From contig JBBRUX010000019.1 in assembly GCA_038247415.1 (NCBI GenBank), positions 1 through 64,000 of the forward strand: 64,000 nt of DNA. The letters are read 5' to 3'. Each line of letters starts with the position of its first letter. The stretch's first letter is position 1. This document shows positions 30,251 to 41,006 of the stretch, in pieces. Made by a program: the position numbers and the translations under genes. The notes beneath the pieces were generated by a model, which was not told the DNA's origin, ran no database searches, and saw only the letters and a list, made by a program, of their open reading frames with translations. This stretch comes from Chitinivibrionales bacterium (GTDB lineage Bacteria; Fibrobacterota; Chitinivibrionia; Chitinivibrionales; WJKA01).

Positions 30251-30928
30251 GTATATGAGCCTTTCAAAAAATTAGCTTTACGTAAGCGGAGCGTCTTGTA
30301 AATTAACACGGTTAGGAGGTTGTAAACCTCCTAAGGGTGGAATGAAAAGGCGCTTAAATAACCGCACAGAAAAACGATCTTTTATCCCATCGATAATGAT
30401 ACCTACCCTGGCAATTTATGAGAGACTCATGCTCGCCACGGAGATCATCGTTTTAAATTGATCCAACTCACAAAGAATGAAATGCGGGCATTAAAAGGAA
30501 GCAATAGTGGTGGCCTGCAATGAAGGAGAAGGATTAATAGGTGCAAAAGATATAACACCAATTATAGAATCGAATATACTTGGTGCCGGCGGGGAAGTGT
30601 TGCACAGACGAAAAGATACTTTTTATAGGAGTTTATTCGCTTGCAAGCCTTGTGTCAACACAATCAATTGTGCCGAGAGAAGGATAGCCATTGCAGGTAG
30701 TTTTGAGCTGACGCGCAAAAAAGGATAGCATTCTCTCTTCCTATTTCCAACGTTGCTCTTTCTGGTTCTATAACCCGATACAAGCAGCACCTTCTAGTCC
30801 TTATTTTGTTGAGGTATGATACTAGGCAATTATGCACGCCCTCGCCAAAAAAATGGGGAACTATCTTGCGATTACCAATGGAGTTGATTGGACATTTGTA
30901 TACCCGGTAGGTATCAAAAAATGCATTG

Positions 30929-31537
30929 TCAAGTGCTTAGCACGCCAAAGTAGTTTGCAAGGTTTCGAATAATGCTCTCCGCAGAGGTGGTAGTTTCAAA
31001 GCCAATTTTCTTACCGAGTCGTTCCTGTTCTCTTAGGTCTAGCCATGCGTGCATCTTCAGACAAATAAGCCCGGGAACCGAAAGTAGGGCAAGTTTCTCA
31101 ACGATCCTGCGCAGACCGATAAGCAGTGGAAGTAGCTTTCGTCTATCAGGAGTGCGGAAAGACTTGACAAATCATTGTCAACGGGGATCGAAAATATTTC
31201 CTGCTCGGGTAGCATGTCGATGGTATCGGTTCGCGAGAAGAGTTCGAGTTTATGGGGGAAATGTATCTTCCTGCGGGTCAAAAAACCGAAAATACTGGCG
31301 CTTGCCCGTGCTTGCTTGGCGGTTTTCGTATTTTCCTTGTTTCACGAAGTCATTGAAACGCACAACAAACTTTCGATTTAAAGGTGCGAGCAATAGTACG
31401 ATATCTAAGTCTTTGGTCGCTCTGAACGCAAGCTCAGCATGCTCTAGCCAAAGTTCGCAGGCCGCTCCGCCAATAAGAAGATAGGAATCCTGATAGTCGG
31501 CGAAGAACTCTCGAAACTTTTCTAGCCCTCTTACCAC
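30929..31537 (-). pseudogene. Nucleotidyltransferase (AbiEii-like) remnant
   Basis: MVRGLEKFREFF..YLLIGGAAC..RATKDLD, then frameshifted KLELFSR, SSLSALL, LICLKMHAWLDL. Confidence 0.7.
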
Positions 31538-31780
31538 GGTATCTCCTTTGTTAATTGTTGGAGAGATACTTCGACGCGTTCATCTTTCTCCTGCAGCAAT
31601 CATAGATACAAAGAAATCCTGTCGAAGTCTATCCCGTTTGTCAGTAATTTTGGGTCGTATCGCCAAATGTGCAGCGTGATGCTGCCTTCATCAGGCCACG
31701 GAATTTGGGTAAGTGCAGTTTGCAGGTATCACTTCGAATACGAGCACAACCACCCTACTGCCCATGAAAAATTTTGGTGA
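31531..31780 (-). pseudogene. C-terminal remnant of the MarR/AbiEi-like partner gene
   Basis: Minus strand reads IWRYDPKLL..DRISLYL*LLQEKDERVE..LTKEIPW*, and its stop overlaps the GTG start of the nucleotidyltransferase. Confidence 0.6.
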
Positions 31781-31787
31781 TGGCCTC

Positions 31788-33332
31788 TTACCCCCCAATC
31801 CACAATTTCCTGTCAAGGCTTCTGTACTGCACTGCCTCTGCCATGTGGTGCATTTCGATATTTTCTTTTCCGTCAAGATCGGCGATGGTACGCGAAACTT
31901 TTAAAATTCTATCGTAGCCTCGTGCCGAAAGGCCCAGTTTTTCGATTGCTGCCTTAAGCAGATTTTGAGCATCGGGTTTAAGGTCGCAATGTTTTCGAAT
32001 ATGGCGAGATTCCATGTGAGCATTACAGAATATCCTTTTCTCTTTAGTAAACCTTACGGTTTGAAGTTCTCGGGCAGCTACAACGCGCTGGCGCATTGAT
32101 GCGGAATCTTCGCCGGGGGATTTTTGAGCCAATTCTTCGTATGATAAAGAGGGAACTTCTATGTGAATGTCTATCCGGTCCATAAGCGGGCCGGAGATCT
32201 TAGACATGTATTTTTGGATGAGCTGAGGGGAACAGGTGCATTCGTGCCGTGGATCGGAGAAATAACCGCACGGGCAAGGATTAAGCGCTGCGGCCAGCAT
32301 GAATCGAGCTGGATACGAAAGAGAAATAGCCGCTCGACTAATGGTTACTTTCCCATCTTCGAGTGGTTGGCGTAGGTTCTCTAATACATTCTTATTGAAT
32401 TCTGGTAATTCGTCAAGGAAGAGTACGCCGTGGTGAGCAAGACTTACTTCTCCGGGGCGTGGGTAAGAACCGCCACCAATAAGCCCAGCATCGGAAATAG
32501 TATGATGGGGAGATCGGAACGGCCGGGTCGCAAGCAGCGGGGTGTTTTTGTCAAGAAGGCCTGCAACCGAGTGTATTTTTGTTGTGTCAAGAGCCTCTTC
32601 GAGGGATAAATCGGGGAGGATTGTCGGCAGCCTCCGTGCGAGCATTGTTTTTCCCGATCCGGGAGGCCCGATCATGAGGATGTTGTGTCCTCCTGCTGCT
32701 GCAACAATCAGGGCACGCTTGATATGGTCTTGGCCTTTTACATCACGAAAATCCATCCCGTATTCCCGGGCGCGTGAAAAAATCGAGGCGATATCGGTGA
32801 TGATAGGCTCTATAGATTTTGATCCGTCAAGAAAGGCGACAGCATCGGAGAGTGTATCAACAGGATATACGGGGCATGGAGCAGCTACAGCAGCCTCTAG
32901 GGCGCATTCGCGCGGTGCAATAATTCCTGCAACTTCGCCAATATCACGCGCGCCAATTGCCATGGAAAGCATCCCTCGCACAGGACGTACCGAACCGTCG
33001 AGTGAAAGTTCCCCTACGAGCAGGTATTTTTCTTGCCCTTGAGTGGTAATTTGATTTGAGGCAATAAGAAGCCCAATTGCAATGGGAAGATCGTAGGCAG
33101 AGCCTTCTTTTTTAATATCAGCAGGGGTCAAATTAATAGTGATTTTGCGTGAAGGATATTCCCAGCCACAATTTTTTATCGCCGAAAGCACTCGTTCCTT
33201 GCTCTCACGGATTGCACCGTCGGGTAATCCTACGATCGTAAAACTGGGAAGCATCTCTGTTATGTCTGCTTCGATTCCTACTTCAAAGGCATCAATTCCG
33301 AAAAGAGCCATCGATCTAAGTTTTGCGAGCAT
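31788..33332 (-). CDS. comM: YifB/ComM family Mg-chelatase-like AAA+ ATPase
   Basis: IVGLPD, GELSLDG, GPPGSGKTML, RPFRSPHH, PGEVSLAH, NPCPCG, LSARGYDR. Confidence 0.93.
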   Translation of the reverse strand: MLAKLRSMALFGIDAFEVGIEADITEMLPSFTIVGLPDGAIRESKERVLSAIKNCGWEYPSRKITINLTPADIKKEGSAYDLPIAIGLLIASNQITTQGQEKYLLVGELSLDGSVRPVRGMLSMAIGARDIGEVAGIIAPRECALEAAVAAPCPVYPVDTLSDAVAFLDGSKSIEPIITDIASIFSRAREYGMDFRDVKGQDHIKRALIVAAAGGHNILMIGPPGSGKTMLARRLPTILPDLSLEEALDTTKIHSVAGLLDKNTPLLATRPFRSPHHTISDAGLIGGGSYPRPGEVSLAHHGVLFLDELPEFNKNVLENLRQPLEDGKVTISRAAISLSYPARFMLAAALNPCPCGYFSDPRHECTCSPQLIQKYMSKISGPLMDRIDIHIEVPSLSYEELAQKSPGEDSASMRQRVVAARELQTVRFTKEKRIFCNAHMESRHIRKHCDLKPDAQNLLKAAIEKLGLSARGYDRILKVSRTIADLDGKENIEMHHMAEAVQYRSLDRKLWIGG

Positions 33333-33499
33333 AGGGGGCTTTCTGTTAATATCAGGTTTAGTAACGATACAAAGTGCTTGTTATGAGAAACGAGCGCATT
33401 CCTTTTAAGGGAAATATGAAGTCAATAGGCTAATTTGATAGACTTTATTTTAACGAAAAACTATAATACTATATATACATTTTTTATATATGCGCTTAT

Positions 33500-34813
33500 A
33501 TGTGCATATTATTCATGGTTTTTGTTGTTTCTACTACAAAACTACTTTTGCACCACGCGATCTACAATGAAAATTTTGTGGATATGATTCAAAACTCTCA
33601 AAAACCATTGCTCCCGCAGCCCATTGGCCTCGACCAAGGTAGCGATCTTGCTTTGGCCCGCAATGTGATTCAGGCGCTTATTCCTCGAACATTGCCCGAA
33701 GTAGCTGGGCTTGACATGGCTTCCCTCTTTGTGGCAGGTTCCACGTTGGGTGGCGACCTGTTTGATGTGATCAGGCTCAGTGATGATCTGGTTGCGTTTA
33801 TCATGTTTGATGTTTCGGGTACCGGGGTAGCTTCTGCGCTTTTGTCGTCTCTTGCAAAGGCCTCGTTTATTCATCACTGTAGCGATGTACAATCGCCCCG
33901 TATTGTGCTTACCCGCGTTAATGCCGACCTGCACGAGCAGATAACAAGTGATTATTTCCTAACTGCTTTTGTTGCTGTTCTCGATTTACATAATAATAAA
34001 TTGACGTATTGTAATGGAGCGCATGCCTGGCCGCTGGTGTATGCCCGTGAATCAAACGCCCTTTCAGCGCTGAAATCATCGGGGCTTTTTGTAGGGCTTT
34101 TTAGTGATAGTCAGTACGAAGAAAAAAGCATCTTTTTAAATCCGGGTGACTGGCTTGTGATGTTTTCCAATGGTTTATACCGATTGTTTGATACCGACCA
34201 CGATCTTGTTGGCAGAAGAGTATTCGAGGGACTGGTGCTTAAAGCTGCGCCTCTGGGTACACTTTCAGATTTTATGGCTGATATTAAGGCGCGCATTGAC
34301 AATGCACCAGTAAGTTCTCTCGATGATGATATCGCGCTTATTGCGGTGCATTTACAAACGCAATCTCGCATGAGTCTTATTCGGGAAAAACTGGGTTTTG
34401 AGGGGATCGAGCCTGTGTATCTGCAGGTGATCCATTATTTCGAAGATATGGATTGTGCAGCGGCAGCCATTTTGCGAGACATGGATGAATTCGGCTACCC
34501 CGATGATTCAATCCGCAAAATGAAGATTGCCTTAACTGAGCTGCTTGCCAATGCGATTTTTCATGGTAACAATAAGGATCATTCGAAAAAGGTAACGGTG
34601 GGTCATCGTATCAACAAGCATGAGGTGATCGTGTCTATTATGGACGAAGGAGATGGATTCTCTGTCGACAATGTTCCCGATCCAACCCTTCCCGAAAATC
34701 TCGAAAAGGATTGTGGCAGAGGAATTTTTATTGTTCGCAATTACGTAGATAGCCTCATATATAACGATTGTGGTAATCGCGTGACTATCGTGAAAAAACA
34801 TATTCATGGATAA
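33500..34813 (+). CDS. SpoIIE/PP2C phosphatase fused to RsbW-like HATPase (start may be 33578/33584)
   Basis: GGDLFD, FDVSG, DDDIAL; ELLANAIFHGN, DEGDGF, GRGIFIV. Confidence 0.85.
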   Translation: MCILFMVFVVSTTKLLLHHAIYNENFVDMIQNSQKPLLPQPIGLDQGSDLALARNVIQALIPRTLPEVAGLDMASLFVAGSTLGGDLFDVIRLSDDLVAFIMFDVSGTGVASALLSSLAKASFIHHCSDVQSPRIVLTRVNADLHEQITSDYFLTAFVAVLDLHNNKLTYCNGAHAWPLVYARESNALSALKSSGLFVGLFSDSQYEEKSIFLNPGDWLVMFSNGLYRLFDTDHDLVGRRVFEGLVLKAAPLGTLSDFMADIKARIDNAPVSSLDDDIALIAVHLQTQSRMSLIREKLGFEGIEPVYLQVIHYFEDMDCAAAAILRDMDEFGYPDDSIRKMKIALTELLANAIFHGNNKDHSKKVTVGHRINKHEVIVSIMDEGDGFSVDNVPDPTLPENLEKDCGRGIFIVRNYVDSLIYNDCGNRVTIVKKHIHG

Positions 34814-34819
34814 CTGCTC

Positions 34820-35410
34820 ATGACTATTTCCCGTATTGGTATAGCTGGCTTTATGGGCAGTGGAAAAAGTTTGGCGGCAACATATCTCATGAGCCGCGGG
34901 TTTGCTGTTTTTGATGGTGACGCTATTGCAAAAAAAATCATGAATTCCTCTCAAGCTCTGCAAGAGGGCCTCATAGAATCGTTTGGATCTTCTGTTGTAA
35001 ATAATCAACTAGTTGATTTTGGGGGTCTTGGCGATAGAGCATTTAAAACTCGCGCATCACTTGAGAAGCTTAACAGCATCGTACATCCAGCCCTTAAGCA
35101 GTATCTGTTGGAATTTCTTCCGCAGCAGAAAGGCCCGTGGGTTCTGGATGCTGCTCTCTTGCCTTTGTGGGAGATCGAAGAACTCTTTGATTGTTGCCTC
35201 TGGGTGAGTGCTCCTGTCAAGGATCGATTGGATCGTATCCAGATGCGTAATAACCTGAGTCGCGATGTTATACAGGTACGTATGAAAATGCAGGAAGAAA
35301 TAATTATGGAACCAGAGGGTAATCGTTGGATTGTACTAGAAAATCAATCGACCCCAGATACATTCTATGAGTTGGTGCGTTGCGTACTGTCGCTCACAAA
35401 GGAGTTTTGA
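34820..35410 (+). CDS. coaE: Dephospho-CoA kinase
   Basis: GIAGFMGSGKS, DGDAIAK, LNSIVHP, LDAALL. Confidence 0.88.
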   Translation: MTISRIGIAGFMGSGKSLAATYLMSRGFAVFDGDAIAKKIMNSSQALQEGLIESFGSSVVNNQLVDFGGLGDRAFKTRASLEKLNSIVHPALKQYLLEFLPQQKGPWVLDAALLPLWEIEELFDCCLWVSAPVKDRLDRIQMRNNLSRDVIQVRMKMQEEIIMEPEGNRWIVLENQSTPDTFYELVRCVLSLTKEF

Positions 35411-36435
35411 TGTTTTTGTGCGTTAGTAAATTAGCCTGTATGGTATGTATGCTTGCCCTCGTGTTCATTGTTGGGTGTGGCTCAAATGGTGCAAAAAAGC
35501 CCCATGGGCCAGCCTGTATCTTTAAAACCGATACCTTGACTGCAGAGAGATCGCGAACCCTGTGTGGCGATTCGGCACTTGCCGATTCAAATGCCCTCGC
35601 AGTACTTGCGCGGCTTGTAGTACTATCCGACGCCTACCAAGGTACTCTTGGAAATGTGGAACCGCGAGCACTCGCAGAGCAATTGTCGTTACGAGGTGGG
35701 GTAGGGTATTCGCAGGCAGGGGCAACTCTTTTATTGCGTGCAGCTTTGTATGTTTCGATGCTCCCGAGAGTGGGCACAAGCATTTTTAGTGTGTGTCAAG
35801 GTGCAGATTCGGTGGTTCGAAGAGGTGTTTCATGCGCTCGATTGGGAGTAGCGACACTGTCAACCGATAGTATGGTGCTCTTAGATGGCCAAAAAAAGCT
35901 TCGTCGCGAAGCCATAGAATTAGTGTATTGCAAACTTTTCTCCCTCTCCTCCTCACGTGCCGGTGTGGTGTATGAGTTTGTGTGTGCAGTGTTGTATCCT
36001 TCTGCAAAAGCGTTCGATTCTAAGGCGCTGGTTAAAGGGCTCATGTATTCGGCGCAGAATCCGTCTTTGTCAACATCAAAGGCAAGAGCGTCGTCTTCAA
36101 CGGTTTCGGTTGCTCAAACAACTTCCACAGACGTGCTCAAATTAAGACCTTTGCAATCTATTACCGATACTATCAATCGACACATAACAAACATTAAAGC
36201 CGTATACAAAAAGGAGCTTAAACGCTCTGAGAATCTCGTGGGTGTCGTTTGGGTTAATTTTGCGGTCGTGGAAGATGGGGTTGTCGAATCGGTTTCTGTT
36301 AAAAAAACGTCTATCGCAGATGAGAAGTTTTTAAAAGAGTTGCTTAACTATTTGCAAACTATTAAATTTCTCCCTGTGGAAGCTAGTGCCGGCGTAATGC
36401 ATTTTGATTTTCCGTTTGAATTTGCACCCGAATAA
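35410..36435 (+). CDS. Lipoprotein with AgmX/PglI (TonB-C-like) C-terminal domain
   Basis: Lipobox IVGC; C-terminus IKAVYKKELK...LVGVVWVNFAVVEDG...FDFPFEF. Confidence 0.6.
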   Translation: MFLCVSKLACMVCMLALVFIVGCGSNGAKKPHGPACIFKTDTLTAERSRTLCGDSALADSNALAVLARLVVLSDAYQGTLGNVEPRALAEQLSLRGGVGYSQAGATLLLRAALYVSMLPRVGTSIFSVCQGADSVVRRGVSCARLGVATLSTDSMVLLDGQKKLRREAIELVYCKLFSLSSSRAGVVYEFVCAVLYPSAKAFDSKALVKGLMYSAQNPSLSTSKARASSSTVSVAQTTSTDVLKLRPLQSITDTINRHITNIKAVYKKELKRSENLVGVVWVNFAVVEDGVVESVSVKKTSIADEKFLKELLNYLQTIKFLPVEASAGVMHFDFPFEFAPE

Positions 36436-36439
36436 ACCT

Positions 36440-37816
36440 ATGCTTAAAGAACATTCTTCCTTTATAAAACAAGCTGTTGCGCTTATCGATTGTTTTTTGC
36501 TAGCGATCGCCTTTTTGTTAGCATATTATTGTGCTGCTCTTTTAAAACCTTTAGAGCCATTCCTTAATTATTGGATGATGTTTATTGGATTTCTTGGGTT
36601 TTATCTGTATTTTGCCTGGTCTCGCTCCCTCTTTTCGCTTTTGCAATTTACCTGGATTCGGCACCTTGTCAGTCGTGTTATCATGATTTTTGTATCGGCT
36701 GGAGCTTTAGGTGCAGCGATCCTTTTTATGGTCCCCGATAAATTTCATAGCCGCACGCTCTACCTCTATTTTTTCCTGTTTTCGGGCATTCTCATTCTGG
36801 TTGAAAAGATTTTGCTGCGCGCTGTGATTGTGCAAATACGTCGCCATAACCGTAATACTACACCGATCATTCTTTTTGGTCGTGGACGTTCCGCATCATC
36901 TATTATTAAAAAGCTCGAAGCGCATCCGGAATGGGGTATTCGCATTGTTCGCATTGTAGATATTGCTGTTTCGGTGCGGGAATTTGAAGAAATACTGAGG
37001 TCTATCCATGTTGAGGAGATCTTTTTCTGTATCCCGCGCAGCCTCACCAAAACAGGTTTTAAAATCGATCAATATCTTCAAATTTGTGAAGAGATGGGGC
37101 GATCGGCGCGCGTTTTTCTTAATATTCTTGGGTCAACATCGTTTGCCCGATGGCAATATTCTTCGTTTCTCGATTCCCCAACACTGCTCTCCCATACTGT
37201 AGAACTTGATCCCGATCAACTTATTTTCAAGCGCATGTTTGATATCGCCCTTTCGCTTGTTGGCATGGGTGTTCTTGTTGCGGTTTTTCCGGTGTTGGCA
37301 TTTGCCATTAAAACAACTTCTCCGGGTCCCATTTTCTTTAAGCAGGTGCGTGTTGGCAAAAACGGAAAACGCTTCCAAATCTATAAGTTTCGTTCTATGG
37401 GCATAGATGCCGAAGTGCGTAAAAAAGAGCTCATGTCTCAAAACGAGCTATCCGGTGCTGTATTTAAAATGAAAAATGATCCTCGCGTTACGTCAATTGG
37501 TAAGCTCATGCGTAAATTGAGCCTCGATGAATTACCGCAATTTATTAACGTTCTTAAAGGCGAAATGTCGATGGTTGGCACACGTCCACCAACTCCCGAC
37601 GAAGTGGCAAAGTACGAAAAGTGGCATCATCGTCGCATTAGTGTTAAGCCTGGAATCACGGGTATGTGGCAAGTGAGCGGACGTAACCGAATCACCGACT
37701 TTGACGAAATTGTCCGCCTCGATCTCAAATATATCGACTCGTGGAGCGTCTGGATAGATATCAAGATTGTTTTTAAAACCGTTGTTGTATTGCTCGAGCG
37801 CGATCAGGCGTATTAA
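36440..37816 (+). CDS. Undecaprenyl-phosphate sugar phosphotransferase (priming glycosyltransferase)
   Basis: KRMFDI, SPGPIFFKQ, YKFRSM, DPRVT, SLDELPQF, VGTRP, KPGITGMWQV. Confidence 0.92.
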   Translation: MLKEHSSFIKQAVALIDCFLLAIAFLLAYYCAALLKPLEPFLNYWMMFIGFLGFYLYFAWSRSLFSLLQFTWIRHLVSRVIMIFVSAGALGAAILFMVPDKFHSRTLYLYFFLFSGILILVEKILLRAVIVQIRRHNRNTTPIILFGRGRSASSIIKKLEAHPEWGIRIVRIVDIAVSVREFEEILRSIHVEEIFFCIPRSLTKTGFKIDQYLQICEEMGRSARVFLNILGSTSFARWQYSSFLDSPTLLSHTVELDPDQLIFKRMFDIALSLVGMGVLVAVFPVLAFAIKTTSPGPIFFKQVRVGKNGKRFQIYKFRSMGIDAEVRKKELMSQNELSGAVFKMKNDPRVTSIGKLMRKLSLDELPQFINVLKGEMSMVGTRPPTPDEVAKYEKWHHRRISVKPGITGMWQVSGRNRITDFDEIVRLDLKYIDSWSVWIDIKIVFKTVVVLLERDQAY

Positions 37817-37859
37817 TCTAAAAATAGCGCCTCTTAACAAGTGCCTGGCCAACCACAAA

Positions 37860-38171
37860 ATAGCATCCCGTATCGAATCTGCTAGACTTACCGGGTGGGA
37901 TTATTCATCACCGGGTTATTATTTCATTACAGTATGCACCCATGATCGCGTCTGTTTGTTTGGTCAAATCGATCACAATGAAATGCAATTGAATAATATT
38001 GGAAAGATTGTACAAAATGAATGGGATAAATATTTTGTAATTCGTCGTGAGTTATTGCGCATATGTCAATATATACAAAACAACCCCCGGAATGGGGTGG
38101 TGATAGAATTAATAGCAGATCGGAATATAGCGTGGGAGAAACGGATGTGCTATAGGGAGAATTTCAGATGA
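37860..38171 (+). pseudogene. RAYT/Y1 transposase remnant with the HUH core deleted
   Basis: SARLTGWDYSSPGYYFITVCT...GKIV..EW joined directly to QYIQNNP. Confidence 0.75.
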
Positions 38172-38211
38172 GTGATTGTTGGAGAATGTTCCGCTTAATG
38201 CATCTTTTTTC

Positions 38212-38590
38212 TTAATAAATCCCCAGAAAGAGAGCACTTGATTTTTTGCGATATTCTACATACCCAGTAAGATTTGTAGATAAAGAGCGTTCTTCGTTTT
38301 TTATCCGCACGAGTACCCCGATAATCGCCCACACAACAAATATAATGGCAAATCTTACATTGAGAAGCAGTATGGTTGAAATTGCCTGGAGAATAATTCC
38401 ACAGTAAATAGGATGTCTAATTATTGTGTAAATCCCACTTTGAATCAACTGATGATTAGTTTGCAGTTCAACCTTGTTAGAAAAGTGGTTCTTAAGCGTT
38501 ACAATTCCCATAAGCTGAGTAGCAGAACCAACAACAGGAGCAAAAAATAGAGAATCTCTTTTTTCATGTATTCCGTATCTTTCAAAGCCA
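38212..38590 (-). pseudogene. Isoprenylcysteine carboxyl methyltransferase family fragment
   Basis: HQLIQSGIYTIIRHPIYCG, EERSL, YVEY; N-terminus missing. Confidence 0.65.
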
Positions 38591-38616
38591 TTTTACATGC
38601 AGCATAAGCTCGTTTA

Positions 38617-39489
38617 CTAAAGTGTTTGCAATTGCTCGCGCAGCTCAAGGAGTTCTTTATGGTGCTCAGCTGTAACTTCTGGGTACTTCATGTCAAGTTT
38701 TTTTAGTGTGTCCACAACAACCTGAGAAACTATGAGCCGTGCGTTGAGTTTGTCGTCGGCGGGTACAATATACCAAGGAGATGTTTTAGAGCTTGTATGC
38801 GAAAAGCATTCCTGATAGGCGTGCTGATACTGCTGCCAGTATTTTCGTTCTTCAAAGTCCGATTGAACAAATTTCCAGCTCTTGTTTTTATTATCAATTC
38901 TTTCGATAAAGCGCTTTTTTTGCTCATCTTTGGAAATATGAAGAAAGAATTTTAGAACATGCGTGCCATTTTTTGACAAATGATCCTCAAAATTGGTAAT
39001 GGAGGTATAACGGTCATTCCAAAGTTTATCAGTCTTTTTGGTATCGATAAATATTCCTTGATTGTGAAGAAATTCCGGATGAACACGTATAATGAGAACT
39101 TCTTCGTAGTAGGATCTGTTGAAAATTCCAATGCGACCACGCATAGGGAGTTTGCAGGTTTCGCGCCAGAGAAAATCGTGAGCGAGCTCTTCGGCGCTTG
39201 GCTGTTTGAAGCTTACAACTTCTACTCCTTGAGGATTGATTCCCGACATAACATGTTTGATGGCACCATCCTTACCTGATGCATCCATGCCCTGAAAAAT
39301 GAGAAGCATTGCATGGTTGCCACTCGCATACAAAAGGCTTTGCAAAGCGGCCAGTTCTTTTTTTCTGGTATCCAGGAGGATCAGGTACTCTTCTTTGGAT
39401 GTATAGAGAGGGGAAACCAGAGTGTCCCATTTTTTAAGGTTTACTGTATCGGATTCTTTGACGCGAAAATCTTTTGTTTGAATCTTCAT
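38617..39489 (-). CDS. ppk2: Polyphosphate kinase 2 family protein
   Basis: QGMDASGKDG, SFKQPS, HDFLWR, FNRSYYEEVL, PWYIVPADDK. Confidence 0.93.
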   Translation of the reverse strand: MKIQTKDFRVKESDTVNLKKWDTLVSPLYTSKEEYLILLDTRKKELAALQSLLYASGNHAMLLIFQGMDASGKDGAIKHVMSGINPQGVEVVSFKQPSAEELAHDFLWRETCKLPMRGRIGIFNRSYYEEVLIIRVHPEFLHNQGIFIDTKKTDKLWNDRYTSITNFEDHLSKNGTHVLKFFLHISKDEQKKRFIERIDNKNKSWKFVQSDFEERKYWQQYQHAYQECFSHTSSKTSPWYIVPADDKLNARLIVSQVVVDTLKKLDMKYPEVTAEHHKELLELREQLQTL

Positions 39490-39729
39490 AGATAAAAAGC
39501 CGATCTAGTAGGTTTTTTGACATGCTATGCAATGGCTATTTGCGGTGTAAATAGGTTCCGAATCTCCCGAATAAAGACTTGAAGCGCAGAGGCAGGGTCT
39601 AGAAATTTTTGGCATTGTGAAATCCAAACACTAAAGGGGTTGAAAATGTCATTTTTTGTTAAAAAATCTTCCCTTATTAAACATACAATATGGCATTGAG
39701 GGCATTCTAGACAGCACTTGATATCTTTA

Positions 39730-40975
39730 TCAATACTGTTTGTTAAGTTTCCCAGAAGCAATAATACCTTTTTTATTTGAAATCGTATAGAGGTACATTC
39801 CGGGGGCAATGCCTAAAAATTCGGGATGGGAATAGATGTGCGCAGATGCTGTGCTGATATCTGATTTAAAAGTGACGGAGCGTTTTCCTGTGCATGAAAA
39901 GACTTCAATTTTTATGGTATTTGAAGAAATTGCCGATAGATTTTTTAGGGTTGTTGCCCTTGGATGAATAATAATTGAAGATCCACCAAGCCTCTTTGCT
40001 AGCTGCGCTTCATGAATATTTTGTGGTACGAGAGTAGATGGTTTCATAGTTTCAAACCATTTTCCCAAAGAATTCTTTGTAGGCAATTCTGCGGTGGGTA
40101 AACCCACGATATTGATGGTTAAGGGCGCACATGATGCAGGCAGGTACGAGATGTTTTTAAGAGATTTGAGGTTCCAGAAGGTCGACCAGGCCCCGCTATT
40201 AAGCCCAAGGTCCGATCCACCCACACAGCGCCACAACCGGTTACCTTCTCCACAGTCAATATTGGTAAAAACATTCCCATACGGTGCTTTTTTGTGGTGG
40301 TCAAAACAGATGTCCTTCCCTTTCCCGTTAGAAAAACATTTCCAGCAGAATTAGCTCCTTCTACCGAAATGTCATGCACATAGCTCATGCGAAAATCAAA
40401 ACCAGTAACCAGATTGTCGCTTCCGACAATTGAAATGCCATGATGTCCATTGCATCCTGAAGTTGTTTGATATTTGTTAGCAGTATATGCAGCTTTCGTA
40501 GAGGTTAAAACTACTCTTTTAATGGTGCAAAAGATACCACTACAAAAAAGTCCGCCTTCTGCGTTGTATCTATTTGCACAATGGGCGATACCATGCGGGT
40601 ACTTTGAAGACCAAGCGAAGTCATAGAACCAGGAGTGTTATTGTAAAGCCAAGTTGCCAGCGATTTAGCTGAGTCATCTTTTAGGTTGCTGCTATGGCAT
40701 CGTTGAATGCTTTAGTATCATCGGTGAGGCTATCGCCCTTTGCTCCAAAATCCCGCACATTAGTTTTTGTGGCAAGCTTGGGTATTGCTTTTTCTCCGCT
40801 AGCATATCCGGCATAGCTTACGTCGGGTAATCTGCTTGTAGGGCTCCATTTTTCGCCATTTGTTCCCCAAAGGTCGAGTTTTCGGCCTGGGAAAGGCCAA
40901 ACAGGCCAAGGCATATAGGAAGACGGTTCGTGCTTGGCGGTATAGTTCTGATGTGTTAAGAGATAGGTGATTCAT
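39730..40975 (-). pseudogene. Secreted pectin-lyase-fold (Pectate_lyase_3/GH55-like) enzyme, fragmented, with T9SS-type CTD
   Basis: LPDVSYAGY, NVRDFGAKGD..DDTKAF; further fragments in other frames; CTD VFSCTGK...PGMYLY. Confidence 0.7.
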
Positions 40976-41006
40976 GAATTGTCCCGACCTTGCTACGGAT
41001 GAAGTC

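Noticed and set aside
30507..30728. 73-aa ORF in the intergenic gap
   Set aside because: No recognisable motif; cannot support a coding call
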